A stretch of DNA of 64,000 nt from positions 11,780,001-11,844,000 of the forward strand of contig OX597835.1 of the NCBI GenBank assembly GCA_951406725.2, given 5' to 3'. This stretch comes from Octopus vulgaris (lineage: Eukaryota). Shown piece after piece: positions 13,143 to 26,203 of the stretch. Position numbers and translations under genes: made by a program. The notes under the pieces were generated by a model. The model was given only the letters and a program-made list of their open reading frames with translations, ran no database searches and was not told where the DNA came from. The stretch's first letter is position 1. Each line of letters opens with the position of its first letter.

Positions 13143-13476
13143 GGGGCGTGGCTCAGTGGTGGTTAGAGCGTCGAGCTTACGTCGTGAGGTTGTGAGTTCG
13201 AATCCCTGACCGGGCTGCGTGTTGTGTTCTTGAGCAAGACACTTTATCTCACGATGCTCCAGTTCACTCAGCTGTAGAAATGAGTTGCGACCTCACTGGT
13301 GCCAAGCTGTATCGGCTGCTGCCTTTCCCTTGGATAACACTGGTGGCGTGGAGAGGAGAGGCCGGTATGCATGGGCGACTGCTGGCCTTCCATAAACCAC
13401 TTTGCCCAGACTTGCGATTAGGAGGGTAACTTTCTAGGTGCAATCCCATGGTCAGTGTCGTGACCGAAGGGGGTCC
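13143..13476 (+). mobile_element. tRNA-derived SINE family D
   Basis: A box TGGCTCAGTGG, B box GTTCGAATCC, tgttcttgagcaagacacttta core; inserted in (TATG)n. Confidence 0.9.
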
Positions 13477-14011
13477 CGATGTATGTATATATGTATGTAT
13501 GCATGTACGTATGTACGTGCCATATTTGATGGCATCTCAGACACTTCTTTCCAAAGAATGTATTGCAAAAATCACGCCGGTTTCTATATTCGGAGTTGTT
13601 TTGAATATTACATGTTTTAATAAACTAAAAACTTTTTTCCTGAAAATGTGCTGGTGACACTGGGGTGCATCGAATGCGTCCGTGTGTCTTTTATGTCATC
13701 AGGTGCGGTATATATGCATGTATGTCCTTTTTCTTCATTAGAATCATTCCAAGAAGGAAGGAAATTGTTGCTAAAAATTGTTCCATTGCTGGAATTCAGA
13801 CACAAAAAATGGTAAGTGCCACATGCTGAACATTAGCAATGTCTTGCCCATTTTTACTGTTCTGCTTACTGATTGTATGTGTGAAGTGTATGATAGTCGA
13901 TCTCATTCGCTATACGAAAATCCAAGAAGTAACATAACTGTTCAGAATAAGGGCAGAGGAGCAGCAGATTTCGAAGTATATATTGTATGTATGTCTATAT
14001 ATAATGTATGT

Positions 14012-14389
14012 GGAGGCGCAATGGCCCAGTGGCTAGGGCAGCGAACTTGCGGTCATAGGATCGCGGTTTCGATTCCCAGACCGGGCATTGTGAGTGTTTA
14101 TTGAGCGAAAACACCTAAAAGCTCCACGAGGCTCCGGCAGGGGGTGGTGGTGATCCCTGCTGTACTCTTTCACCACAACTTTCTCTCACTCTTACTTCCT
14201 GTTTCTGTTGTACCTGTATTTCAAGGGGCCGGCCTTGTCACTCTCTGTGTCACGCTGAACATCCCCGAGAACTACGTTAAGGGTACACGTGTCTGTGGAG
14301 TGCTCAGCCACTTACACGTTAATTTTACGAGCAGGCTGTTCCGTTGATTCGCATCAACCGGAACCCTCGTCGTCGTAACCGACGGAGTG
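14012..14389 (+). mobile_element. tRNA-derived SINE family A
   Basis: Near-identical to 1422-1803. Confidence 0.92.
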
Positions 14390-14982
14390 AACAAAGAATG
14401 TGTATCAATACGTATGCATGTGAGAGTATGTTTGACTACTTTATGTATAGACGTATGTGTGTGAACATGCATGTATTGATGTAAATATGTGTATATGTAT
14501 ATATGTATCTGATGTAGATGCATATTGACGAATGAAGTAAACCTAGGCGAGAAAACTGATAAAATTATTATGTTCGGTCGAAGTCCTTTGCAATATTTGT
14601 TTCACACCGAGTTGCAGCTAATCCCTTGTCTGTAACTTCTAAAATGTTGACATGTAGAAACTAATGACGCTATTTCGCAGAAATTCGGATTTAAAATAAT
14701 TCATTAAATCTTTTACATTAATTGTTCGGATTCATCTGACAAGGATATTTTACATCCTTAGCCGTTTTTCTTTCGTAATATCTGCCATGCTGTGAGTGGG
14801 AGGGGTGCCCGCGCTCCAAATACTTGAGGGGGTTATGTACCTCAATGTTTTAGGAACACAGTCTGTCAATACATTACGGCAAAACATCCTGTGTGCATGA
14901 GTGCCTTCTTTTTTTCCTTTCAAAATGATGGTTGTTAAGAAAAAAGAAAAAAAGGCAAATAATGAAAGATTTCTGTAACATA

Positions 14983-15149
14983 GGCGCAGGAGTGGCTATG
15001 TAGTAAGTAGCTTGCTTACCAACCATATGGCTCTGGGTTCAGTCCCACTGCGTGGCATCTTGGGCATGTGTCTTCTACTATAGCCTCAGACCGACCAAAT
15101 CCTTGTGGGTGGATTTGGTAGATGGAAACTGGAATAAGCTCGTCGTATA

Positions 15150-15208
<59 letters not shown>

Positions 15209-15419
15209 ATAGCATTGTGTGTCTGTGTTTGCCCCCCCCCCCCCATATCGCTTGACAACCGATGCTGATGTGTTTATGTCCCCGTAACTTAGCGGTTCGG
15301 CAAAAGAGACTGATAGAATAAGTACTAGGCTTACAAAGAATAAGTTCTGGGGTCGATTTGCTCAACTAGAGGCGGTGAACCAGCATGGCCGCAGTAAAAT
15401 GGCCGAAACAAGTAAAAGA
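14983..15419 (+). mobile_element. tRNA-derived SINE family B, full length
   Basis: GGCGCAGGAGTGGCT head, GGTTCAGTCCC B-box-like motif, internal (TA)(TG) tract; multiple copies in window. Confidence 0.9.
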
Positions 15420-16071
15420 AAACGAGAGAAAGAAAAAAGAATACTTCAGTTTGAACTTGAATTGAATGTCTTCGCCTCGGTAGAAAAGAGAAAATGAATG
15501 GGGTACATTAAATTTCGTTCCTCTCACACTCTAAAACTGTTATAGACTTTCTTTTTCCTCTTCTTCCTCTCTTTTTTAGCTTATTATTGAAAATGGTGAC
15601 AAATGCTCGATAATATAAAATGATTAATTGACAATTAACTATTCCATTATTGTACACCGAAGACCTACACAATATAGAAACAAGTTGTCTCCAGAGATGG
15701 AACAGGTGGGAACTATTAAATGTAAAAACCATATAACATCATGAGTCGGTTAAGTATAATGGTAATTTTGAAAAATAAAAATAAAATGAAATGAAATATT
15801 TTTCACGTGATTTCATCTTCGTCACGTGATTTCGACTTAATCACGAAAAAATGGCTGAACAAGTTACTAAAATGCTTTTATTTAAATTGAATGGCCTCTA
15901 TGAAATATAGCCATTAAAAATTGATGGCTCTAATTGTGACTGTGAAAGAAAAGGATCTTTAGATGTACAGAAAGTCTGAAGAACTAAAAACGATATGAAT
16001 TATAGACACAATAAATCTATATCTGTTTCGACTTAAAACTGCCCCATAACTGGCTCTTGAGAAAAGCTAAG

Positions 16072-16245
16072 TAAACGGTGGATACGAATAGATACAACTT
16101 GTAACAGCCATATCTTTACAGTTGCTATATACTCTATATATTGAATGAAGCTAGTGGAACGGTTGGAACGGAGGTAAATCATGCCGTCTCTGATATACAT
16201 TATTAATTTTTCATGTTAGTAAATTATCATAAACTGGACTAGGAG

Positions 16246-16277
<32 letters not shown>

Positions 16278-16545
16278 GTGTGTGTCTGTGTGTGTGTGTG
16301 TGTGTGTGTGTTTGCATGTGTGTGTTTGTGAATATAACGTTTTTACATGCAGAATTCTACATCTCTCGAAACTACAACTGAAGAGAAGCAAAACCAAAGC
16401 CAGAGGGATTTGAACTCAGAATGTAACTAAAGAATCTTTAAGCTGCCGATTCAAACATCCCAGTCGCTTCATTCAATATATAGAATATACAACAACTGTA
16501 AAGATATGGATGTAACAAGCGGTGTCTATTCGTATCCACCGTTTA
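16072..16545. mobile_element. Element bounded by ~100-bp imperfect inverted repeats (MITE or fold-back)
   Basis: 16072-16171 is the reverse complement of 16446-16545 with scattered mismatches; both ends are TA. Confidence 0.6.
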
Positions 16546-17610
16546 TGATATGTTCCCAACGGAACAGCGCCGCCATATTAATTTAGGAAATAGCTAATAT
16601 AAACTTTCGAAGATTTACTTTAAAAGTACATGAAATAATCTTTGTTGTGTTTGTTTTCATCCCCGTGTAAGCTATGATCAACTAAACATTTGATCAAAGA
16701 CATTCCAGTTGAGACTGCCATAGTATTCTTTTAGACAGAATCTAACGCTTACAGCGTCTGGTATATCCTTCCAGAATTAATAGCGACGTGTACTTTCAGA
16801 AAGATTTGCTATAAAATACTGAAATAATTTATTTCTTAATCTTAAAAAAAAAAAAGAAAATAAACATACAAATACATAAATAATTCAGCAGGAAACTGTC
16901 ACTACGTAAGTTACGTTGGCTTTGTATGATGTCTGGCTTATGCTGTTCAACACACTCGAACAGAACAAAGCCGTGAATTGATTTATGCAGCCAATACCGT
17001 CGTATTTTATCTAACGTTATTATACTCCATTTTATGTATTTCAGTTTTATATAATTCAAACACAGTTGTAGCCGGTTAATAAAATGCAGTAATAGGTTTG
17101 CTAATTTTGCATGTCTAGACAGACTTCTAGTAGTTTTGGTTTATTTATTTTGTATTAATACTCACTCAACTCTCCTTTTCATGTGTTATTCATCAACTTA
17201 AAACACGTTTGAAGTCTGATTTAGTTAGTTTCTAACTAATTTGTTGACTGCTCGTCATTTTTTAACGCACACTTTGAGTAAAAAACAGTATGCTTATTAC
17301 CTATATCATTTTGGAATGATAAAAAACGAGATCGGATTCGTGTGGAAAGAAATAAATGCAATTAGAATTACTTTTTTCTCAATTACTTACGATTATTAGA
17401 ATACAGGAAGACAAATAAAAGATTTACTACATCTGATGTTTCCTCTTTTGGTTGAGATTTTTTCGTCATTTCAGGAAAACAATAATATTAAAAACTCCAA
17501 GAGTAATTTAGAGGAAGAAATCTCGGTGCAAAATTATATAGAACATTTCTCTGAAAATCACGAAGTGACAATAAAAAGAATGAATAAAAAATACATACAT
17601 AGATACATAG

Positions 17611-17656
<46 letters not shown>

Positions 17657-17683
17657 CTACCAATCTATATATATATCTATCTA

Positions 17684-17728
<45 letters not shown>

Positions 17729-17749
17729 TTATATATATAAATGGATGGA

Positions 17750-18030
17750 TGAATTTTTTCTTTGTTTACAATTAACACGGAGAAAATAAATAAACAGTTA
17801 CCAGGGCAGCAAACAATCACACAAGTAATAAGGACGTAACACCCTGTTTGTAAAGGCTGCAACTCCGGGTTGATGTGAAATATGTTGTATAATACATATA
17901 AATAAGTAAATGGAGTTAAACGCAGGTGTTATTCAAATTCTTTTACTTCCGACATATGTTTCGAAGACAACATTGGTATTATTTGAAAGGAATAAAATGG
18001 AGTAATCTTCTCTTCAGGGAAAGAAAGAAG
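17750..18030 (-). mobile_element. Penelope-like pseudo-LTR (family P3) carrying a hammerhead
   Basis: 17750-17940 is homologous in reverse to 59236-59430; follows a (TA)n tract. Confidence 0.6.
17946..18022 (-). ncRNA. Canonical type I hammerhead ribozyme
   Basis: Minus strand: TTCC-CTGAAGA-GAAGA...TCTTC-GAA-ACATATGT-C-GGAA; all core nucleotides present, GUC site (cut between 17951 and 17950). Confidence 0.85.
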
Positions 18031-18402
18031 TAAACCAAACTCATCAATGAGACATTTTAACAGAATGTGATGGATGTGTATAATGATGAACGGAACGCTA
18101 TTATGTTTGTTTTTTTAAACCGTTAGAAGAAAAAACGCCAAAGGTAGCCTATAGAAAGAGAAGGGCTAAAGGAAAGAAATAAGCAGGAAACTAATAAAGG
18201 AGAAATATAGAAAGATATGGGAATTAAAATAAAAGCTTAAAGGCTTCGAAATAGATATATCTAGTGGAATTGAAATGTAAGAAGAAAATCAATGTTCAAA
18301 TTATATATAATGGTAGATATCACTTATATGAACTAAAGGTATATATACATACATATATATTTTTTCATTCTTTATTTTCTCCCCTTGTTTATTTCTGTGT
18401 TC

Positions 18403-18438
18403 CTTTCTGTGGAAGAGCGTAGGCTCGAAACGTTAAAG
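18403..18438 (+). ncRNA. Family P2 hammerhead with mutated core (CTGTGGA)
   Basis: CTTT-CTGTGGA-A-GAGC-gtag-GCTC-GAA-ACGT-T-AAAG; A6 replaced by U, probably inactive. Confidence 0.6.
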
Positions 18439-18517
18439 ACTTTTTCACTTCCTGAGCTTTAAACAATGTTTGTTGTCTACACCACCTGTCTTCGTCTCTT
18501 GTTTTTTGTGAATTCTC

Positions 18518-18566
<49 letters not shown>

Positions 18567-18583
18567 CACACACACGCACGCAC

Positions 18584-18654
<71 letters not shown>

Positions 18655-18871
18655 GGGAGAATGAACTTGCATAGCAAGTGATTTATCTGAGATCGTGTTC
18701 TGTAACAAAAACAATTGCAGTGTAGATGTTTATAACCCATTTAATATCAAGCAAAAAACCGTTAGATTCACTTCAACATTTAAATTTAATTTGTGTCAAA
18801 ATATTTTCGTCGCTTTGAAACCGCGACCTCTTCACAGATAAAACTTCGTGCAGCACGCGGTTTTGTCAGTG
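18655..18871 (-). mobile_element. Family P1 pseudo-LTR copy with degenerate hammerhead
   Basis: Homologous to 536-714; core reads GTGAAGA; start of an inverted copy at 18850-18871. Confidence 0.65.
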
Positions 18872-19155
18872 GCACATTGGGCAACTGTCTTCTACTATAG
18901 CCTCGATACAATCGAAACCTTGTGAGTGGTTTTCAGCCAGTCGTATATATGATTGTGTGTATGTATGTGTGTGTGTGTGTGCGTGTCTTTGAGTCTCTGT
19001 GTGCCTCCCCACCACAGCTTCACAACTATTGTTGGCGTGTTTCTGTCTCTGTAACTTGGCGATTCGGTAAAACAAGTTTTGGGGTCCATTTCGGCCAAAA
19101 GCCTTTCAGATCAGTGCTCCAGCATTGCCGGATTCATATGACGGAAACAAGTAAC
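18868..19155 (+). mobile_element. SINE family B, truncated and decayed
   Basis: gggcaa.tgtcttctactatagcctcg and gtaacttggcgattcgg motifs. Confidence 0.75.
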
Positions 19156-19440
19156 AATTAAACTGATTATATCATAACTGCCGATATAAAAGTCAGCTGC
19201 TTGGCTGGTCGGCTGGCTGGTTGGTTGGTTGGCTGGTTTGTTTGCTGGTTCGTTGGTTCGTTCGTTGGTGGAGTTATTCCAGTCACGTTTTGCATTCTAT
19301 AACGAAAGGAAACGAGAGAATAAAAGAGAGATACAGAGTAAGTTAACATAAGAGATACAGAATAGGTTCAGAGAAGGTAAAACGAAAAACAACACACACA
19401 AACAGCAGGAATCATAGGCAAACGAGGAGAGGATATACAT

Positions 19441-19475
<35 letters not shown>

Positions 19476-19527
19476 CATATATGTATATATGCATATTTAT
19501 ACATATATATATATTCATATATATATA

Positions 19528-19597
<70 letters not shown>

Positions 19598-19699
19598 CAT
19601 ATACATATATACATAGACATATATTCATACATAAGGATAATGTAAACCTGTTAAATAACCGTTTAGAACTGGGGTGGGGGTATCGTGTATACATAGTAC

Positions 19700-21550
19700 T
19701 ACTCGTACCTTTAAATATTTTAGAAAATAGCATTTTATTATTCCTGAATTTTTAAATCTTAATTTTACCTCTTAGTTTTAAAAATCAATGCAGAAACAGC
19801 TTACCCTACAATATTAATTTTTTAGTCAACACTAGGTATTAAAAATTTAATAACATAGACAAATTGAATGAATAATTTTTAATTTCTAAAATTATTACAT
19901 AAATTCTATATATCTACTGAAGTTACTAAGTTGTATTCTTACTCCACAATAATTTTAATGATTTAACAATTTTCACATCTATTTCTATGACGGTTCTACT
20001 CTACCTAATCTTTTTTGATAATCTAAAAATACCTTTATACAAGCCTAAATTATTATACCCCATATAGCCATACTTAACTTATAATATACAATATAAGAAT
20101 TTCAAAAATATTTTTATTTCTCTCTATTTCCATTTTTTCTTTGCATTTTTTTGGTTACCTCCCTTCCATTGTAGCTAAAAAAGTTTGGCATGCATGTCAA
20201 TGGTGGTATCCTGTTTGCTAAAAATCGCATTCTAAAAAAATCTTCCAAATTACCCTAATTAATATTTTATAACTTTATACAGCAAGATAATATTGTTTAA
20301 AAAGTTTTTGAAGAAATTACTTGATTTCTCTTTCTCTCAAATAGCTCTACCCTCGTGATCTTGGTATGTATAAGGGAGCTTTATATAAATAGCATTTTTG
20401 TAAGTATCTGTTAGAAAATATAAATTATCATGTAAGGCTTAATAATAAAACCCATAATTTAATAAAAATATATTTTTTATAATAAAATCTTTGTCCAATA
20501 ACTTAATTATTTCTTTACCCGACATTAAACATTTGTCATTTATAGATATTATCATGACAAGTAAATATAATTTTTAGTCTAACATTTGGAATCATAAATT
20601 TTTTTCCAACAAATTACCTTCCTTATTGATGTAAATAAGCTAAATGTACCTTACAATTGTTTTTTGGAATATAAATCTTTTTACCCCTTGTCTATAATAT
20701 TCTGCAAAGAATTGTATTTTTTATTTTATTTTTATTTTTTATTTCTTTATTTTATTTTAAAACCAATCTCTTATCTATTTATTTACTATATTACTTTATT
20801 TAAAATATATCTCTGTAAATTTCATACTCAGCTTATATAAAACTATGCTGATATATTCACTGTTTATAATATAAGAAATATGCTCAGATTAAAATTGGTA
20901 ATATTTAATATATAAATTTTAATATATTCCTTTAGCTTATCTTTCCTTTATTAATACCAATACTTACCATTTAATAAAAAAAAACTATAAATATATTTTA
21001 AGTTAGTATAGAAATATATAAATATGGAATTATTTCTATATTTTCTGTCCTTCTATTGTGTAAATTTTTTGATAATACTGAGAGTATTCAGAAATATTCT
21101 TCTTCGTGCTCTTTAGAATAACTCTAAAATGTATCTGTGTATATGCAAATAACATTGTTTTATAGTAGGTAAATGTTTGATACTATATGATTGCACTCTC
21201 CCTATCCCATAAGCATTAGTCTGCAAATCTAGCTACTATAATCTTGTCTGAAGTATATTCTTACTGAGCCAAATGGCTTTGCTTCAAAGAAATCTTGATT
21301 GATGACTCTGCCACTTAAATTATCTATCTATTTTGCCCTATCCGTAAAGGATATACCCTAGTTTCTCTTAGATTTGATAAACTAGTCTATAAATTAAAAC
21401 TAAAGCCCACCCCACTAGTAAATCTAAATAATAGAAATAATCAGTGATAAGCAGTGTCTTTTTTGAAAAAATCTCAGCTACAACTGTGATGTTGTTGATA
21501 AAACATGTTCTTTGTCTATCTACTTATCCTCTTGGTGATTTTGGATAAAA
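19700..21550 (-). mobile_element. Probable highly decayed L1/Tx1-type LINE ORF2
   Basis: Long strand-biased AT-rich tract with scattered residues resembling GF..FI, LFA(DD), KYLGI and IPN motifs in the expected order; no open frame. Confidence 0.35.
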
Positions 21551-21723
21551 AGAAAATTATACAAATGAGTCCTTCGGATTTAACTAAATTCTATATTTTT
21601 ATGCAGCTGAAGATTGCTCTACATTTTAAATTGATGTAATGTTTGCATTGTTCAATTAAATGGAGTCGCATGAAACGATCGTACTGCGTTACCTCTGGAT
21701 ATCCTTGTTACTTATTTTGATAC

Positions 21724-21890
21724 TGACAACCAATGCTGGTGTGTTTACATCCCCGTAACTTAGCGCTTCAGCAAAAGAGGCTGATGGAATAAGTACTAGG
21801 CTTTGAAATAGTAAGTCCTGGAGTCGATTTGTTCGACTAAAGGCGGTGCTCCAGCATGGGCACAGTCAAATGACTGGAACATATAAAGGA
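21724..21890 (+). mobile_element. SINE family B 3' half
   Basis: Matches 15255-15419. Confidence 0.8.
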
Positions 21891-22429
21891 ATATATTTAT
21901 ATGGGTATGTATACAAAACCATACACATATACATATATACAAATTGCTGGCCCAAAATGGGAAATCAATATTTCTATACTTTTTAACAATCGTGTGTGTG
22001 TGGTGTGTGTGTGTGTGTATGTGCGTGTGCGTGTTATGTGTCTATATTAATAGGATAAAAATATTTTTAAAAAAAAGCTATTCCCTATATATCAGTTAAT
22101 GAATTTTGAAATTTACCTTTTGTTAGAAAGTATAGAAATATTGATTTTAAAATTAGGCAGAAAGTTTTCCTGGATTCTGTAGTATCTAAGTCGACTCCGG
22201 TCCGTCACGTATTACTCCTTTTGCCGGGTGAGTGGCCGGAGCTACTTGAAATAAAGAATTTGGCTCTGAAATAACAAAGCATCAAACATTCCAGGAATCG
22301 AAACCACAATCCTACAACTACGTGCTCAACAACAAACGACGAGATCACAACTTTGCGTGCGTGTGTATCTATGCGTGCGTGCGTGTGTATGTATGTGTGC
22401 ATGTACGTAGGTACATATGTATGTATAGA

Positions 22430-22461
22430 TGTATGTATGCATATATGGACGTACGTAAGTT

Positions 22462-22556
<95 letters not shown>

Positions 22557-22565
22557 GTGTATATT

Positions 22566-22597
<32 letters not shown>

Positions 22598-22621
22598 CAT
22601 ATATGGACGTACGTAAGTTTG

Positions 22622-22654
<33 letters not shown>

Positions 22655-22661
22655 ATATATA

Positions 22662-22724
<63 letters not shown>

Positions 22725-22725
22725 A

Positions 22726-22785
<60 letters not shown>

Positions 22786-22800
22786 CATACATGTATATCT
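22430..22800. repeat. (TA)n-rich array with a duplicated ~160-bp unit
   Basis: gtatgcatatatggacgtacgtaagtttgt occurs twice. Confidence 0.85.
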
Positions 22801-23076
22801 CAATCGAATCAATTTTTTGTTGAACTGATATTCTGTATTTAAACTTTTAAGACGTGATACAAAAACAGCACGATGTTATGAAATTATTAATATATAATAT
22901 AATATAATATAATATAATATAATATAATATAATATAATATAATGCGATATATATCACGTAATTCATGAAATGAACGAAACGGAATTTTTTGCTTTGTTTC
23001 GTTCCGGAAATGTCTGCGCAAACTAAGCTTCTATATTTTCTTTCTGTTTGCAGACACGATGTTACGTTTCAAACAT

Positions 23077-23426
23077 GGGCGCAGGAGTGGCTGTGTGGTA
23101 TGTAGCTTGTTTTACCAACCACATGGTTCCGAGTTCAGTCCCACTGCATGGCACCTTGGGCAAGTGTCTTCTACTATAGCCTAACTTTGTATAAGGCGGC
23201 GAGCTGGTAGAAACGTTAGCACGCCGGGCGAAATGCGTAGCGGTATTGCGTCTGTCGTTGCGTTCTGAGTTCAAATTCCGCCGAGGTCGACTTTGCCTTT
23301 CATCCTTTCGGGGTCGATAAATTAAGTACCAGTTACGTACTGGGGTCGATGTAATCGACTTAATCCGTTTGTCTGTCCTTGTTTGTCCCCTCTATGTTTA
23401 GCCGCTTGTGGGCAATAAAGAAACAG
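23077..23426 (+). mobile_element. Chimeric SINE: family B head (23077-23181) plus full family C (23194-23426)
   Basis: One TSD, TTACGTTTCAAA(C/T)AT at 23062-23076 and 23430-23444, flanks both parts. Confidence 0.85.
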
Positions 23427-23524
23427 ATATTACGTTTCAAATATCTGAAACCTACACGGATAAACATAAGAATTATCTTTAATGTTAAAATTAATACGGT
23501 GTCACAATGTACACAACACGCTTT

Positions 23525-23716
23525 TAACATGCTGGGAAAATGCTTGACAGCATTTCGTTTGTCTTTACGTTCTGAGTTCACATTCCGCTGAGGTTGACTT
23601 CGCCTTTTATCACTTCAAGGCCGATAAAATAAGTACCAGTTGCGCGATGGGGGTGAATGTCACCGACTTACCCGCTCCATCGAAACTCTTCGTCTTGTGC
23701 CAAAATTTGAAACTGA
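23525..23716 (+). mobile_element. Decayed SINE family C
   Basis: ttacgttctgagttca...ataaaataagtaccagtt core. Confidence 0.7.
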
Positions 23717-25298
23717 TATTGGTAGAAACTAAAGTTAAGATCCTGCCTCGTCGGTACTCACTCGCTGTGACTTTTACGTGTTGTACTCCACGTTATGTCA
23801 TACACGGCTCTTCAGTTCGAAATATATGTTGAAATCACGACCTTACAATTGCGAGTGCATGACTCTAAACCTCGCATCTTCCTAAAAAAACATCTAATTT
23901 AGAATATTCTTTTATATCATGTTCCTTATTACGTAGGATAATGTCTTTTAAGATGAGTGGATTTTTTTCTTCAAAAAAAAAACAATTTCTATTCTGCTAA
24001 GAGCCACACGATATTCATTTATTTTACCTGAGATGTGACTGCTTTCTCTTTGTTACAATTGATTGATTCTGATTTTTTAATCTTTATATAATGAAGTTGT
24101 CTACTATAAGCACAAGGCTTTAAGTAAATTCGATCGCTTCGACTCCCGTGCTCAACTGGTACTTTATTGACCCTCGGCGTTTCCTGAACCCAGAATGTAA
24201 AGACGGACTAAATATCGTCAAGCATTTTGCTTTTCGTAGCTCACCGCCACATCTGTGTGTGTGTGTGTGTGTGTGTAAGTGAGAAATTTGATTATTTTAT
24301 TTTAGTGTAATAAATATTTTTGTTTTGACAATTATTATCATTGTGTAAAAGCACAATAAATATTTAACAGTTAAACTATAATGATCGTGCATCTGCCATA
24401 TATTCTAACATTACTGATGTTGGCAAATGTATACTTCTAAAGATACGCTTCATACTACGGATAACACACGAATATAAAATATTTATGCCTAAGGAACGGT
24501 GAGCCTGGTTTAAACGTTTGAGCGCCTGATTAAGTTTCGTATACATATTCTCATTTCTCTTAATTCTTAATCAACGGTTCATCACAGCTGACAATGTCTT
24601 TCATCTCAAGTAATTAATTAAATAGCTATTGATAATAATCTCTGTGTTATTCAATTAACTATATTCCTCTATAAAATTATGGTTTTGCGCAATTGTAAGA
24701 CAAATAATCAATATTTGTTTCTCTCGATACAACACAATTCGAAATCCAAACAAATTTTTTGGGCTTCACTTGATAACCTTTCATTCCCCCTTGAGCTCTT
24801 ATTGCCTCTTGAAGAAAGTAAATAATGTTTCGAGTCTCCACGACTCATACGTTCGGTTACCCGATTTCAGTGAAGCTAGATGAACGAGATCATATTTTCC
24901 CTGAACGGTGCGCCAGTCTGTTGCCGGATTAATAATTTAACAGCTATGTAGACTGAAGCAAAGTGAAGTGAAATGCTTTGCTCAAGAACACAAGATCTTG
25001 CCATGATCGTGATATTGTTGGCGTAACTGCTTAACCACTAGGTCACGTCCCTTCACAGTGTTGTGTCTTGAACGACAAGAATAATACAAGTTCTGCAATT
25101 TTTCTTCTCATAAGTTTTGAATTTGTAATTATTTGTCAGTAAGACTTGCAGCTTGTCTATAAAAATGCTTTCTCTTTTCCTCAAAAAAGAAAAAAAAGAG
25201 AATATGTCTGTAACCCGTGGGTACTCAAACTAAATCATATTAAAATTGGATTTTTTAATCTTATACAGTATGATAGACGGACACACACACACACACGC

Positions 25299-25358
<60 letters not shown>

Positions 25359-25367
25359 GTGTGTACG

Positions 25368-25404
<37 letters not shown>

Positions 25405-25406
25405 TG

Positions 25407-25661
25407 TTCCTTCTCAAGCCATGTCTGGCTCATAAGGGCCGGTTTCCCGGTTTCCTTGGCGTATAGGTTCCTCACCTGGGCGGGACGCCGGTTCGTCGCA
25501 GGTGAGCTGCAAGATGCAGGAGGAAAGAGTGAGAGAAAGTTGTGGCGAAAGAGTCAGCCGACGTTCACCATTACCTTCTGCCGGAGCCGCGCGGAGCTTA
25601 GGTGTTTCGTTCATAAACACACACATCACCCGGTCTGAGGTTCGAACCCGCGATCCCTCGA
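25407..25661 (-). mobile_element. SINE with family A head/core and a different 3' tail
   Basis: Shares ccggagcc.cg.ggagcttaggtgtt and gagagaaagttgtgg with family A; distal part unrelated. Confidence 0.75.
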
Positions 25662-25674
25662 TAATATTCTTTTA

Positions 25675-26203
25675 CTTGTGTCAATCGCTGCCATAAAATT
25701 TTAGTCAAATTGACTCCAGTACTTACTTTTTAAACGTGGTATTAACTCTGGTTGCTTCTTTTGCCGAACTACTATGTTGCATGTTGCAAGGATGTAAACA
25801 AACCCATAGCGGTTGTCAATCAGTGGGTAGGAAAACCAAAATTATATGCACACACAAACACACACTCACACGCACATACACACACATAAATATATGTGTT
25901 TTGATCAGGGGCTTCCACACAGTTTCTGACTACTTAATTCACTCTAAAGGCAATGGTCGACTCGCGGCTCGACTTTGCCTTTCATCCTTTCGGGGTCGAT
26001 TAAATAAGTACCAGTTACGCACTGGGGTCGATATAATCGACTTTTACTCCCTTGGTCTGTCCTTGTTTGTCCTCTCTATGTTTAGCCCCTTGTGGGCAAT
26101 AAAGAAATATATTGTAAAAGATACACGGCGAAAGTGCCACGTAATGGCACTGAACCCTAAACCACAAGTTTTGAAGCAAAATTCCAACCTACACAGCCAT
26201 GGA
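25675..26203 (-). mobile_element. Decayed SINE B with nested SINE C 3' part (25970-26109, + strand)
   Basis: B homology on both sides of a well-preserved C core. Confidence 0.7.

Noticed and set aside
13143-13215. tRNA gene
   Set aside because: tRNA-like head continues into a SINE body; no complete acceptor stem
22430-22800. Duplicated unit as a functional repeat
   Set aside because: Embedded in (TA)n; slippage or assembly artefact is more likely
24823-24856. GAGTC/GACTC-GAAAC hairpin on the minus strand
   Set aside because: No CUGANGA-type core at the required position
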